DNA of 64,000 nt from Escherichia coli (GTDB lineage: Bacteria > Pseudomonadota > Gammaproteobacteria > Enterobacterales > Enterobacteriaceae): NCBI RefSeq assembly GCF_002854065.1, contig NZ_CP024154.1, one strand, 5' to 3'. Below are positions 36,704-46,904 of the stretch, piece by piece (the stretch's first letter is position 1; every line of letters begins with the position of its first letter). Under the pieces are notes generated by a model, which had not been told where the DNA came from, ran no database searches, and was given only the letters and a program-made list of their open reading frames with translations. The translations under genes and the position numbers were made by a program.

Positions 36704-37281
36704 TCTTTTTTCTCCGTTTTCGGGGGATACAGGATGTCTGGTACGCGATGACTGAGTGATTCCGGCAGCGGAGCCAGCGGGAAACACTGGAAGCGGCGCG
36801 TGATCCATCCCTGACGGTTACGGTTATCGATGAGCGTGAAGGTACGACGCTTCACGCGTTTCAGTGTCGGGGTGTCGCTTTCCATGACCGGCCAGTCTCC
36901 GGCTGTGAGTGCCGGTGTGCCGGGGACATCCGGCCACAGCCAGGTGTTGTCAGACATCAGCGCAGTGAGTGGTGCGGGCAGAAGCCAGTGAATGACATGC
37001 TGTATATCAAAAGGCGGTCGCTCCGGCACGTTAACCTGCCAGGTGGCCGTTGTTATCAGCGTGCCTGTCTCTCCGGGCAGGGCCAGGCGAATACCACTCA
37101 TCTCCCCGTCAGCCCGTCTGTCACTGGCAAAAATGACCCGGGGATTGGGGGACGGTCGCAGTGTGAAGCAGGCGGACGGCAGGGTGAAGCTGAAACTGTC
37201 ACCGTCCACGCGCAGTGTTTTCAGGAAGACCTGTCCCCGGGCAGGACGCCGGCAGCGGGGGGTGATATGAATGCTGTACAT
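36661..37281 (-). CDS. TraV-like protein
   Basis: 206-aa ORF, start coupled to the traU stop. Confidence 0.5.
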   Translation of the reverse strand: MYSIHITPRCRRPARGQVFLKTLRVDGDSFSFTLPSACFTLRPSPNPRVIFASDRRADGEMSGIRLALPGETGTLITTATWQVNVPERPPFDIQHVIHWLLPAPLTALMSDNTWLWPDVPGTPALTAGDWPVMESDTPTLKRVKRRTFTLIDNRNRQGWITRRFQCFPLAPLPESLSHRVPDILYPPKTEKKECKDNLQPHCLHSL

Positions 37282-40200
37282 CAGAGGTTATATCCCTGCT
37301 TACGGATGAGTTCTGCTGCCAGCTCATGGATGACGTTTTCACTGTCATGTGTGCGGGCGCGGTGTTCTATCAGTGAGGTGGCTGAACCCCGGGGAAAGTG
37401 TTCGGCCAGGATCTGGCGTGCCCGCAGTGACCCCACCTCCTGCGTCAGCGCACGTCGCAGGGCGCTGTCTTTAGGAGAGGAGTTCAGTGCCCACAGCTCC
37501 AGTGGACCGAGGGTGAATTTCAGGATCCGGGCCAGCGTGCCGTTTTTTACACGGAACACAGCCAGTACCGGGACACCGCTGCCGTCCGGTGCGGCCCCTT
37601 CCGGCATTTTCAGGAAGCGCCGCAGTGTGACTTCCGGGACGCCAAAGTTATCCCGCAGGAACGGAATTTCGTCAGGGCGGTAACGCAGCAGCCACAGGGT
37701 GTTGGCGGATTTGAGCACGGCCGGAGGATAATGCTGCAGCAGCTGGGTGCTCAGCACCGTGCGTATCCCGAACTTACGCTGCTCCAGCTCCTGGGTGTCC
37801 AGGGCTTCCCAGATGAAGTTGATCCCTTTTGCATTGTGCAGTTCGTCATAGACTTTGGTCTTGACCTCCTGATCAAGCTGTTCAATGCGGCGGAAAATCA
37901 CCTCATGGTAGCGTGGGTCGAGATTTTTCCGTATTTCCTCCTGATACTGCGGCAGGACAAAATCCCCGCCGGCGATCTGCCCGGCCAGCAGATACATGAT
38001 ACCGGTGCGCAGACGTCCGGCAGGTGTCTTGTCCCCGGCCACATTGTTCAGATCAACGGCGACCACGCGGGTGTCGGGGCTGAGCATAAACCGGGTACAG
38101 CCGGACATCATCGGGTAGTCACTGTGTCCCTGATCGAGGGCACGGCGGATGTAGTCCAGCAACCGCTCTTCCGAGTTATCACGCTGAACGGTGCCGAACA
38201 CATCCCGGATGGACGGCTGTCCCAGCAGGGCGGACATTTCAGCCAGCAGGGGCATGGCCTGGTAGTGTGCCCGCTGGGCGGCGGGGATATTCCCTGCAAT
38301 ATGCAGCATGTCCCTGATTTCAAACCAGGTGGCGGCATTCCACCATCCGGCATCATGTTGTTCAGCGATGCCGCTCTCTTCCAGGGCGAGATCCACCAGG
38401 GGTTCCGTACCTGCGCGGTAAAGTCTGGGGTTATTCTCGCCATATTCCCGGAAGGCCAGGTCCACCAGGCTGCTGATGATTTGCCGGGTGTCGCCGGGAT
38501 TACAGGGCTGACCGGTGCCGGTATCCACACACAATGCACAGAGGACGGAGACCATGAAGTTCTTTTCCGGTGTGACGGGTTTTCTGGCCCCGTACATCAC
38601 ATCAAACAGGTTGCGGGTGTGGTCCGGGTCATTACTCAGAATGATCCCCACGGCTTCGTCCTTTCTCTGCTCAGGCAGGCTGTCACGGATAAGCTGTACC
38701 AGTCCCTGTGCACTGAATCCCTTGTCGATATAGGCAATGAAAGGGAGATTCTTCTGGGCTGAGGCTATCTGGATCTCCGACAGTGCGTTGATGAGTACCG
38801 ATTTGCCCAGACCGGGTGCGCCGGGTGTCAGCTCCGTGTGCTTGTTCTGTTGTGATGACGCCAGCGCCACCTCCCATGCAGAGCCGTCTTCGGTGTGCAT
38901 CATCAGATTTCCCTGTCCCCGCCAGACAGAGCCTGCCCTGTTCAGGGGAAACAGGGAAAGGGCGTGTGAAAGGGGCGGGTAAAGGGGGATCGGGCCGGAG
39001 CTGTGGGAGGCTGCCAGAACCGTGTTCACCCAGGCACGTCTCGGATCACCGAAGGTTGTGGTGGTGCCGCATACCCCCCAGCCTTCCAGCGCAGATTTCA
39101 GGAGAGCCTGGTTACGGGTACAGACTTCCCGGCTGTTTCCCCATGTGGTGGCAACAATGGTCATGATACAGACCGGATCATGCTTGTTGATGTCATTCAG
39201 CATCATTACCGAGTCATACATGGGCCGGAGAGGAGGAATAAAGCTGCTGTAGGTCAGCAGGGTTTTCTTGACCCCCAGCGCCTTCATGCCGTCGGGCATC
39301 AGATCCATCCGGATACGCCAGGGGATTGCACGGGGCACATCCCTGACCAGCTGGTTGAATGTCCGCAGATTCTGAGGGGGCAGGGTAATGGCGACCATAC
39401 CGTGCCAGAGCTCACCGGCCTGAATCAGGCTGCCGTGTGTTTCAGGCTGTGTGGTGAATAACTGCAGATTCAGCGACGGTGCGTGGAATACAGAGGTATC
39501 CCCGCCCTGTCGCCAGCCGGCAGGACGGGCATCTTCGGGCAGATGAGGCTGCCATACTGCCGGTGTACTGTTGCGCTCCAGTTGGCGGCGGATTTCCCGT
39601 CCCACTTCATGGATATCCATCAGGCGAATCAGCAGGCCATCAGAATCATGTGTCAGGGCCTGCTCCAGCGTGTCCAGTAAGGCGTCATGCCGTATTTTGA
39701 GGGCGGAAAGTGTCCAGCGCCAGGGATCCTGCGCAAAACGGGCTGGCGGAGCGTGTTCAGCTAGTTTCCTGACACGGGTCTGATGGTCCTTGCGATCGGT
39801 CCGGCTCAGCAGTTCTTCAGAGCTCCAGACGGTCAGCCAGCAGCGCTCCCGGACAAGCCAGGGGGTGAGTGTGGTGACTTTTTCATCCAGGACGTCCTGA
39901 AGCAGGATCCCCGTGCGTGCGATGGATTTTCGCTGGGGTAAGAGCATGGCTTCGATTTCATCCCTTCCACGCTCCGGATCGCGTTCGAAAACAAAACTGA
40001 TTTTGTGGCCGGAATTTTTCCAGGCCGTGTTCATTCGCTCAGCCAGTGCTGCAATCAGTGACTCCAGTGTCCCGGGGGCCGTCTGGTCCGGGTTTTCATC
40101 CATTTCTTTCAGGGCACCGCTGATTTCAAAGACGGAAAGGTAATACCCCTGTTTTGTGGTGGCAATGTAGGGGGCTTTCAGCCAGGGGCGGCGTTCGCGG

Positions 40201-40349
40201 TCCTGCTGGTCCAGACCGATGACGGTGTGCAGATCACAGTAATCGGGGAAGAATGCGGAAACGGAATACCGTGACAGGGTACTGATACAGTCTTCAATGG
40301 CAAAAATAATGCGGTTGATATTCATGGCAGAGGTGGCTCCGGAAGACAA
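37281..40349 (-). CDS. traU: TraU conjugation ATPase (DotO/IcmB-like)
   Basis: 1022 aa; Walker A GAPGLGKSVLINAL. Confidence 0.85.
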   Translation of the reverse strand: MSSGATSAMNINRIIFAIEDCISTLSRYSVSAFFPDYCDLHTVIGLDQQDRERRPWLKAPYIATTKQGYYLSVFEISGALKEMDENPDQTAPGTLESLIAALAERMNTAWKNSGHKISFVFERDPERGRDEIEAMLLPQRKSIARTGILLQDVLDEKVTTLTPWLVRERCWLTVWSSEELLSRTDRKDHQTRVRKLAEHAPPARFAQDPWRWTLSALKIRHDALLDTLEQALTHDSDGLLIRLMDIHEVGREIRRQLERNSTPAVWQPHLPEDARPAGWRQGGDTSVFHAPSLNLQLFTTQPETHGSLIQAGELWHGMVAITLPPQNLRTFNQLVRDVPRAIPWRIRMDLMPDGMKALGVKKTLLTYSSFIPPLRPMYDSVMMLNDINKHDPVCIMTIVATTWGNSREVCTRNQALLKSALEGWGVCGTTTTFGDPRRAWVNTVLAASHSSGPIPLYPPLSHALSLFPLNRAGSVWRGQGNLMMHTEDGSAWEVALASSQQNKHTELTPGAPGLGKSVLINALSEIQIASAQKNLPFIAYIDKGFSAQGLVQLIRDSLPEQRKDEAVGIILSNDPDHTRNLFDVMYGARKPVTPEKNFMVSVLCALCVDTGTGQPCNPGDTRQIISSLVDLAFREYGENNPRLYRAGTEPLVDLALEESGIAEQHDAGWWNAATWFEIRDMLHIAGNIPAAQRAHYQAMPLLAEMSALLGQPSIRDVFGTVQRDNSEERLLDYIRRALDQGHSDYPMMSGCTRFMLSPDTRVVAVDLNNVAGDKTPAGRLRTGIMYLLAGQIAGGDFVLPQYQEEIRKNLDPRYHEVIFRRIEQLDQEVKTKVYDELHNAKGINFIWEALDTQELEQRKFGIRTVLSTQLLQHYPPAVLKSANTLWLLRYRPDEIPFLRDNFGVPEVTLRRFLKMPEGAAPDGSGVPVLAVFRVKNGTLARILKFTLGPLELWALNSSPKDSALRRALTQEVGSLRARQILAEHFPRGSATSLIEHRARTHDSENVIHELAAELIRKQGYNL

Positions 40350-40549
40350 AATAAATCGCGGGCTGCAACTGTATTCAAATGGGAACGCTATGCGTGTAAG
40401 TTGTGCTGAGTGAGTATTGCTGTCAGGATGTTTTTTGCTGAGAATAGTGTAGTTTCCCCGGCAGGGAAATTTAAAGTCATGATTTGTCCTCCAGGTTATG
40501 TGTAATGTTTTCCGTTTTTAATATGTTTCTTGGGAAATGAGGAAATAGA

Positions 40550-41095
40550 GTGAAGGCTGAAAATAAAATATTAAATCTTTTTCATGCGACAACAATGAGC
40601 AGAGGCCTGCAAATAATAAAAGATGGGAAAATAAGAACTGATGCTCCTTCTGTTATATGCTGGTCGTTAGAGACGACACCAGGATGGATTTATTTATCGG
40701 ATCAACTTGATAATGCGGTGCATTGGGGGAATAAAATAGCATGCTTTTCAAAAGATGAATTATTTTTCTATATTTTCAGAGTTCAGGTTCAGGAAGAAAA
40801 TTGTTATCCTGATACAGATGATTTGCAATATGTGTCGTGGTTATCTCCTGAGGAGGCAGAAAACACAGACCTGTATACATGTCTTTCTCTTTGCCATTCC
40901 TGCCGAACTGACAAAGAACTGTATACAGGTTGTGAAATATCAGATTATGCAGTCCTTCCTGCAACAACACTGTATACTGACAATTCAGGACATCCTCAAT
41001 ATGATATTGTTAATACGCTTAAAAAACATATAGGCAAAGATGAGTATAATCAGTATGAATCACTTCGTCAGCGTATTGAATGGGTTTGTTTATAA
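40550..41095 (+). CDS. AT-rich orphan ORF (181 aa, GTG start) on the strand opposite to the tra operon
   Basis: SD GAGGAA 6 nt upstream of GTG 40550; markedly lower GC than flanking tra genes; no recognised motif. Confidence 0.45.
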   Translation: MKAENKILNLFHATTMSRGLQIIKDGKIRTDAPSVICWSLETTPGWIYLSDQLDNAVHWGNKIACFSKDELFFYIFRVQVQEENCYPDTDDLQYVSWLSPEEAENTDLYTCLSLCHSCRTDKELYTGCEISDYAVLPATTLYTDNSGHPQYDIVNTLKKHIGKDEYNQYESLRQRIEWVCL

Positions 41096-41451
41096 GTGAT
41101 CTTATTAAGGTGTACAACAATAGATTTTCTTCTTTTGTTTTGTATAAATACCGGAGGAATATAAAAGAAACGGAGACTGCAGAGACAGAGATGAAGTTGT
41201 TTTCCCCGTTTCCTTAATGAAAATTCAGTCAGGGGGGTGGCCGGATAATTATGCCGCGCACTTAATTCCCTGTTGAACTGAAGTATTCCGGCAATATTCA
41301 GCAGTACGCCGGCCAGCCTGCCGTCATCATCCCGCAGGAAACGACGGAGTAGCCGGTGCTCTTCTTTGGCGGTACTGTCAGCTTTTCCGGCCAGGTGTGC
41401 GTGGATGAGTGTTATAAGCGTCTCCGGGGATATGCGGTGAATTTTCATCAT
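41068..41451 (-). CDS. hypothetical tra-region protein (127 aa)
   Basis: ORF only; 3' end runs into AT-rich DNA. Confidence 0.4.
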   Translation of the reverse strand: MMKIHRISPETLITLIHAHLAGKADSTAKEEHRLLRRFLRDDDGRLAGVLLNIAGILQFNRELSARHNYPATPLTEFSLRKRGKQLHLCLCSLRFFYIPPVFIQNKRRKSIVVHLNKITYKQTHSIR

Positions 41452-41852
41452 TCTTCTCCTGATTTTGTCGGGGGTACACCCGGATAAATAAACTGCTGGC
41501 GGCGAATGAAAAAATCACAGAAGGGCATATCCGGTAATTCCGGGAGACCGGACACGGCAATATCCATCCATGAGAGATAGTTATCGACGCTCACTGTGAC
41601 GGTGATGCTGTTATGGGTACGGGATCTTTCATGAATTTCTGCAGCCAGAAAGAGCAGCCAGCCGCCGTTAAATGCCGGGTGGCGGAGAATGAACCGGGCA
41701 ATCTCTTTTTCATCTCCGTCAGGCGGAATATCGTCAGTCAGCGTCCGGATAATAAAGCGCCGGAATGCATCTGCGGAAAACTGATATCCGGCAGTGAGGG
41801 TATCCATTTTTTGTTCCTCTGTCAGTTGGGGCCGGCAGAACGTCACCGGCAC
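41448..41852 (-). CDS. hypothetical tra-region protein (134 aa or shorter)
   Basis: ORF coupled to the downstream gene. Confidence 0.4.
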   Translation of the reverse strand: MPVTFCRPQLTEEQKMDTLTAGYQFSADAFRRFIIRTLTDDIPPDGDEKEIARFILRHPAFNGGWLLFLAAEIHERSRTHNSITVTVSVDNYLSWMDIAVSGLPELPDMPFCDFFIRRQQFIYPGVPPTKSGEE

Positions 41853-41861
41853 CGGTGTGTG

Positions 41862-42680
41862 TCACATGACGTACTTTTTATCAGGAAACGAATCCGGCAG
41901 CAGAATGAGCGCCACCCCGTCCATTTTCTCCCTCAACGTTTTACGCTGTGCCGGCGGCCAGCGGCGCAGGGCATCAGCAAAATCCGCCGGACGCCAGGTG
42001 CGGAATTTCTCCTCAACGGCCAGACGGTTCTGTACCAGGGCATTCAGGACTGCCCGTCCCTGCCTGACCCGCTGACGGTTATCGCTGAAAATCTCCTGCA
42101 GTGCCCGCGCATTGAGGGCAACCACCGAGGCCGGATGCAAATCGGGGAGCCAGACCATCACTCCCTGTGCGGCAGCATAGCCGTTCAGACAGTGCCAGGC
42201 ATGGCAGAAGGCACAGAGATGAAAGGGCGGGCCTTCCGGCTGCAGCAGGTCACTTTCATTTTCGCTGAGTGCATCCGTTGTGACGATTTGCGACTTTTCC
42301 ACATGACGCAGGGCCAGTCGCCTGGCCGACAGGCGGGCCTGTGCCAGGGACCGCTCCGCATCCTGCAGGGTTCGGGTGTGTTTCTTTTTTTCGTCAGCGT
42401 TTTCCGGTACCGGACGTTTTTTCAGGCGCATCACCCGGGTGAGGTTTTTTTCCAGCAGGACGACCGTATCCCGGCAGGTGTCAGCCATCTGCTGTAATGG
42501 CCATGAATCTTCCAGAATGAAGCGGTGGGTGACGGTCCTGCGACAGCAGGGGCAGCGTCCCTCTGTTGAGAGCACTGGCGGTGGTAACAGGGCTTCACCG
42601 CTGAATACCGTGTCCGGTTGCGGGAGCGGGAAAAGCCATCGTTCCCGGACCGGGGCGATGAGTGGCGGGGTCTTTTTCAT
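41862..42680 (-). CDS. TraT-like protein (by position), Cys-rich
   Basis: 272-aa ORF. Confidence 0.45.
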   Translation of the reverse strand: MKKTPPLIAPVRERWLFPLPQPDTVFSGEALLPPPVLSTEGRCPCCRRTVTHRFILEDSWPLQQMADTCRDTVVLLEKNLTRVMRLKKRPVPENADEKKKHTRTLQDAERSLAQARLSARRLALRHVEKSQIVTTDALSENESDLLQPEGPPFHLCAFCHAWHCLNGYAAAQGVMVWLPDLHPASVVALNARALQEIFSDNRQRVRQGRAVLNALVQNRLAVEEKFRTWRPADFADALRRWPPAQRKTLREKMDGVALILLPDSFPDKKYVM

Positions 42681-42879
42681 ACGCTTTTCTCTCTGTATAC
42701 AGGGTGACGGCAGCCAGAATCAGTGCTGCTATAGCGGTGGAGTAACACTCTGCAAACACAAACTCCTGATTATCCCGGTTGTCGCGGGCAATCACGTTGC
42801 CGTGCTCTGTTCTGAGCAGGGTGAAAGGGGGTAGCTCACAGGACATGGTCTGGTCCTCCTCATTGTGTGAAGACGGCAC
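42595..42879 (-). CDS. TraS-like small membrane protein (by position)
   Basis: ORF with TM segment. Confidence 0.35.
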   Translation of the reverse strand: MPSSHNEEDQTMSCELPPFTLLRTEHGNVIARDNRDNQEFVFAECYSTAIAALILAAVTLYTERKAYEKDPATHRPGPGTMAFPAPATGHGIQR

Positions 42880-42902
42880 CGGTTTCCCGGTGCCTTTGCG
42901 GA

Positions 42903-43301
42903 TTAACTGATTGAAACCGGAGAAAGACCGAGCGTTTTCTGTCCGCTGCCCATCAGTTCCGGTACGACGGCAAGGCAGACGCCGACCAGAATTGACAGCA
43001 GGCAGGCCAGCCCTGCACCGGGTTTTTTACCGATTTGTTTGAGGCCAAGCAGGCCGCCGATAAAGAGCACCAGGCCAATAACCTGACCGATAGCCACAAA
43101 CGAACTGCTGGAGCCTCTGGCACCATCGCCAACGGTTTTAATCATATCGAAGAGGGTATTTGCCATTGCGGTGTGGGGCAGCAGCATCACGGGAAGCAGC
43201 AGTAACAGGCGTACCAGCCGGTCACGGCAGGCCATCAGGCATAACTGAACATAAACAGATGCAGCGCGCAGACGCGCCGCCATGGCACGAAGTCGTGACA
43301 T
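42903..43301 (-). CDS. TraR-like membrane protein (by position)
   Basis: SD AAGGAG before ATG 43301; TM segments. Confidence 0.5.
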   Translation of the reverse strand: MSRLRAMAARLRAASVYVQLCLMACRDRLVRLLLLLPVMLLPHTAMANTLFDMIKTVGDGARGSSSSFVAIGQVIGLVLFIGGLLGLKQIGKKPGAGLACLLSILVGVCLAVVPELMGSGQKTLGLSPVSIS

Positions 43302-43347
43302 AGTGTCTCCTTTATTAACAGATTGATTTACTGAAAAAATACAGGGG

Positions 43348-43878
43348 TCAGAAGGCGATACCGAGGCTTGCCAGAGTGGCATCGATAACCCGGTCGTTGA
43401 AAACCAGCAGAACGCCGGCCACAAACTTGACGTTCCCTTTACTGATGGATTCACTGGCGCTCAGGGCGGTGTGCCCGTCCAGCAGTGATTTGCGCCAGAT
43501 GGATATGCCGTTCATGACAAAACCGACGCCGGCCAGTTTTGCCAGTGAGAGAATGGCATTGACGGCACCGGCAGCGGCACCAAAGGAGCCCGGCTGCACG
43601 TATGCGATGGGGGCGAAAGAATCTGCCCTGAAGCCCATCTGGGTACCACCGGCATTGATCATTGAGGGCAGACTGACCAGCATGCCGCAGATGAAGATAC
43701 CGGCAATAAATTTTCCCGGTCCCATACTGCGACGTCCTTCTGCCCGGGCGCGCATCAGATGACCGATAAGGCCGATAATCCCCAGCAGCTCTCCCCAGGT
43801 AAAGAGAAACTCCATGCCTGCACTGAAAATACCGCTGGCAAAGTTCTCTATGGCTGTCAGGGCATCAATGCTCATCAT
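43348..43878 (-). CDS. TraQ-like inner-membrane protein (by position)
   Basis: 176 aa, multiple TM segments. Confidence 0.5.
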   Translation of the reverse strand: MMSIDALTAIENFASGIFSAGMEFLFTWGELLGIIGLIGHLMRARAEGRRSMGPGKFIAGIFICGMLVSLPSMINAGGTQMGFRADSFAPIAYVQPGSFGAAAGAVNAILSLAKLAGVGFVMNGISIWRKSLLDGHTALSASESISKGNVKFVAGVLLVFNDRVIDATLASLGIAF

Positions 43879-44588
43879 CGTAATGTACCGGCAGAGGTGA
43901 TGACTGCCCGGCTGGACGGGTCAATCCGGGTGATGGTGATGTTTCCCAGACTGTCGCCTTCCCGTACTGCCCAGGCACTGCCCTGCCAGCGGATCCAGGC
44001 CATGCCTTTCTCCACCGACATGATTTTCATGCCCTGCAGAGGTGAAGGCAGGGTTTTCGCAGGCTGTCTGTTATTCCCGGTCGGGGCTGGCAGTGCTCCC
44101 TGCATCTGTAGGGTATGCACCTGCTTACGGGTCTCCTCAAGCAACTGACGGGTTTCCTGTGCCCAGGCCTCATCCTTCTGAATGGCGTTACTGAGGGTGG
44201 TGATACTGTCCTTCAGCATGGTCAGGGTGCGCCGGATTTCCTCATCCCGTCTGTCCAGCTCTGCTTTCAGATCACGGGCAAGTTGCTGCATGTCTGCCTG
44301 TGGGGTAACCGGCGGTGCGGGCATGTTGTTTCCGCTCCCGGACTCCGTCATGGTCATGGGCTCTGCCCAGCTCTCAGCAGCGGGCGGTGTGACAGCAAAG
44401 CCTGCATCTGCAGGGGGCTCTGAGGGTGTCCGCAGAAACTTGTACCAGATGGCGACCAGGATGATGAGGGCACAGCCGGCCCAGACCGGCAGGCTGTATC
44501 CCATATACTGGCGTTTCAGGAAGGATTTGCCGGATGCCGGTGCCGTCGTTTCGCCAAAGCTGCCGGGATCTTCATGTTCGTTTTTCAT
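43875..44588 (-). CDS. TraP-like protein (by position)
   Basis: 237 aa, one TM segment and coiled-coil-like region. Confidence 0.5.
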   Translation of the reverse strand: MKNEHEDPGSFGETTAPASGKSFLKRQYMGYSLPVWAGCALIILVAIWYKFLRTPSEPPADAGFAVTPPAAESWAEPMTMTESGSGNNMPAPPVTPQADMQQLARDLKAELDRRDEEIRRTLTMLKDSITTLSNAIQKDEAWAQETRQLLEETRKQVHTLQMQGALPAPTGNNRQPAKTLPSPLQGMKIMSVEKGMAWIRWQGSAWAVREGDSLGNITITRIDPSSRAVITSAGTLR

Positions 44589-45916
44589 GGATAACTTTCC
44601 TGTTGTATGCCGTAGCGTTGCTGCATTTCATTCTGTTTACGGAGGACCGCCGCCCGGATCCTGTCAGAGGCCTGGTGCTCTGCCTCCGCCTGGGTGAGCG
44701 GACGTCCGGAGGAGGGGGACTCAGAAGGGGCAGTGCCGGAGGACGGCGTACTGATATCGTTGCTCATGACCGGCTCAACAAACAGAATGGAGACGACCTC
44801 GCCCCGTGATACTGTCACCTGACGGTAAGGTTCGCTCTCTGCCTGGCGGGTCAGCAGCTGGCTGCCCCGTTCGGCCATGCCACCTGCAATGACGCCGGCC
44901 AGCGCCTCTCCATCAGGCATTCCCACCCTGCCGGTAATACTGCCGTAGTTTCCCTGAAGGATCTGTGTGTTGGCGTCTTTGTAAAGACTTCCGACATTGC
45001 CCACCCCGCCAAGTACGGACGGCAGAACGATGTGCTTAAACCAGCGGTGGTTCACGTCGCTGGCCACGGTTGACATTCCTGTTCGTTCATTCAGGGCATA
45101 TGCATTGACCTTCAGAAACATGCCCCGCCACATCATCCGGTCAAAGTGGATATCCATTCCCTGACCTGCGAGTCTGGCGTCCTGGCTGTAGAGAACGGCT
45201 CCGGCCCATGGCCCGGCAGGTACGGAGGCCACCACGCGGGAGACCGCATTGTCAGAGTCCACTGCGGTGTCGATGTAAGCCGGTACGCGGGTCAGTGCCG
45301 GTATCAGCTGGATCCCCTGACGTGTAGCCGGTGTTGCCAGACTCGTCTCCTGCAGACGGGGATGCTGTGATGTAACGGTACCGGACGGTGACGCATGAGG
45401 GGCTGTCCCGGGCGCGCCGGTGGTGCTCCACATGGCTGCTGCCACTATCGGTGGCCGGGCATCCTGATGCTGTGTGTTGATACGGGCAAGCAGTTTCTGT
45501 AATGCCTCACGCCGTTTTTCCCGGGCCGTCTGATCTTCCTGAGGAGGGGATGCGTTTTGCCCGGAAGTGCCTGACTGATCATCGGGGGGATTATCCCTTT
45601 TCTGATCGTTTCCGGTATCGGTATCCAGTCCCCGGGGCAGACTGGCGATAAACGTCTCGTTATTACGTAACGCTTCTGCAGCACCACGTTCATTGTCAGC
45701 CCGCAGTAAATCCCGGTAGTGCTGTGTCTCCATCACGTTCCGTCCGCCGCCGGACGTTGTGCTGTTGATATTGACTGACGAGAGCGATGCAGCGTTTTCG
45801 GGGGACAGCCAGGTGAGCAGCAGGTATCCGCCCCCGATAATAATCACGCCCCCCATAACCAGCAGGGCTGACAGCTTTTTGCCGGATTTTGCGGCTGTGT
45901 CCTGTTCTTCGCTCAT
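44585..45916 (-). CDS. TraO-like (DotG/VirB10-like) channel protein
   Basis: 443 aa; N-terminal TM segment, Pro/Gln-rich linker, conserved C-terminal domain. Confidence 0.6.
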   Translation of the reverse strand: MSEEQDTAAKSGKKLSALLVMGGVIIIGGGYLLLTWLSPENAASLSSVNINSTTSGGGRNVMETQHYRDLLRADNERGAAEALRNNETFIASLPRGLDTDTGNDQKRDNPPDDQSGTSGQNASPPQEDQTAREKRREALQKLLARINTQHQDARPPIVAAAMWSTTGAPGTAPHASPSGTVTSQHPRLQETSLATPATRQGIQLIPALTRVPAYIDTAVDSDNAVSRVVASVPAGPWAGAVLYSQDARLAGQGMDIHFDRMMWRGMFLKVNAYALNERTGMSTVASDVNHRWFKHIVLPSVLGGVGNVGSLYKDANTQILQGNYGSITGRVGMPDGEALAGVIAGGMAERGSQLLTRQAESEPYRQVTVSRGEVVSILFVEPVMSNDISTPSSGTAPSESPSSGRPLTQAEAEHQASDRIRAAVLRKQNEMQQRYGIQQESYP

Positions 45917-45919
45917 GAT

Positions 45920-46894
45920 TTACTCCAGTTCCGGGGTGACGTGAACGGACTGACCATTCACGGAGAAGGTGAGTAAGGGGGTCACCGGCAGTTTCCACAG
46001 CCGCGTACCATCAGCCGATGCCAGCGTCTGTTCAAATTCATCCCGCAGCATGGCCCGTGAGCGCACGAGAAGATCATCGCCGTGTTGCCAGATGGTGGTG
46101 TCCGGGACGTTACCGGAGAATTTCAGGCGGCGGATGGCGGGATCATCCGGTGGCACACCGTCCAGAAAGGCCTGCAGAGTGGCGTCATGCAGGGCAATTT
46201 TTTCTGACGGTATGGACACCACCGGGTTGGCAGGTCCCTGCCGGGGAATGCGCAGATCCAGACGACTGTCGATTTCCTGACTCAGGGTAGTGGTGTCTGT
46301 TTCACCACTGGTGATATTCAGGATGACCGGTACAGACAATCCTTTGAGATAGACCGTCACATTCCCGGCAGCCCAGGCGCGCAGGGGGGTGACGGACACC
46401 ATATTGCCGTTGAACTGCACGTCAAAGTGACCGGGCGCAGCGTTATAGGGCGGATCCGACTGTGGCCACGGACTGCCGTTGACGTCAGTGAAGGTCACCA
46501 CGCTGACGTTATGCAGAGCGGTACGGACAAGGGGCAGGCTGGCCCCCGGAGACAGATTCACCGTGAGGGAACTGATACGGGGCACCACACTGGTGAGCGG
46601 GGCACTGATGGCCCGTTCGTTATCGGCCATTATCCCACGGAGTTCACGAATTTCACCGGCATTCAGGGGAGAATCCAGCGATGCGCCTTCCTGTACAAGA
46701 GCAGCGCCGGGAGGCGGCAGGTTTCCCGGGAGTTGTGCGGCTGGCGGGGGACCGCCTGCCGGGGTGTTCCCGGTTGCCTGTGCGGTCTTTCCGCCGGTCT
46801 GCGGGCTTCGTGCATTTTTCCAGCCCGGGTTATCTGCAGCTGTGACAGTGCCGCACACAATAAGCAGTGCGCCAATAAGATGATGTATGTGCAT
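45920..46894 (-). CDS. TraN-like secreted protein (by position)
   Basis: Signal peptide after ATG 46894 (MHIHHLIGALLIVCGTVTA). Confidence 0.55.
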   Translation of the reverse strand: MHIHHLIGALLIVCGTVTAADNPGWKNARSPQTGGKTAQATGNTPAGGPPPAAQLPGNLPPPGAALVQEGASLDSPLNAGEIRELRGIMADNERAISAPLTSVVPRISSLTVNLSPGASLPLVRTALHNVSVVTFTDVNGSPWPQSDPPYNAAPGHFDVQFNGNMVSVTPLRAWAAGNVTVYLKGLSVPVILNITSGETDTTTLSQEIDSRLDLRIPRQGPANPVVSIPSEKIALHDATLQAFLDGVPPDDPAIRRLKFSGNVPDTTIWQHGDDLLVRSRAMLRDEFEQTLASADGTRLWKLPVTPLLTFSVNGQSVHVTPELE

Positions 46895-46904
46895 GATATG
46901 AGTC

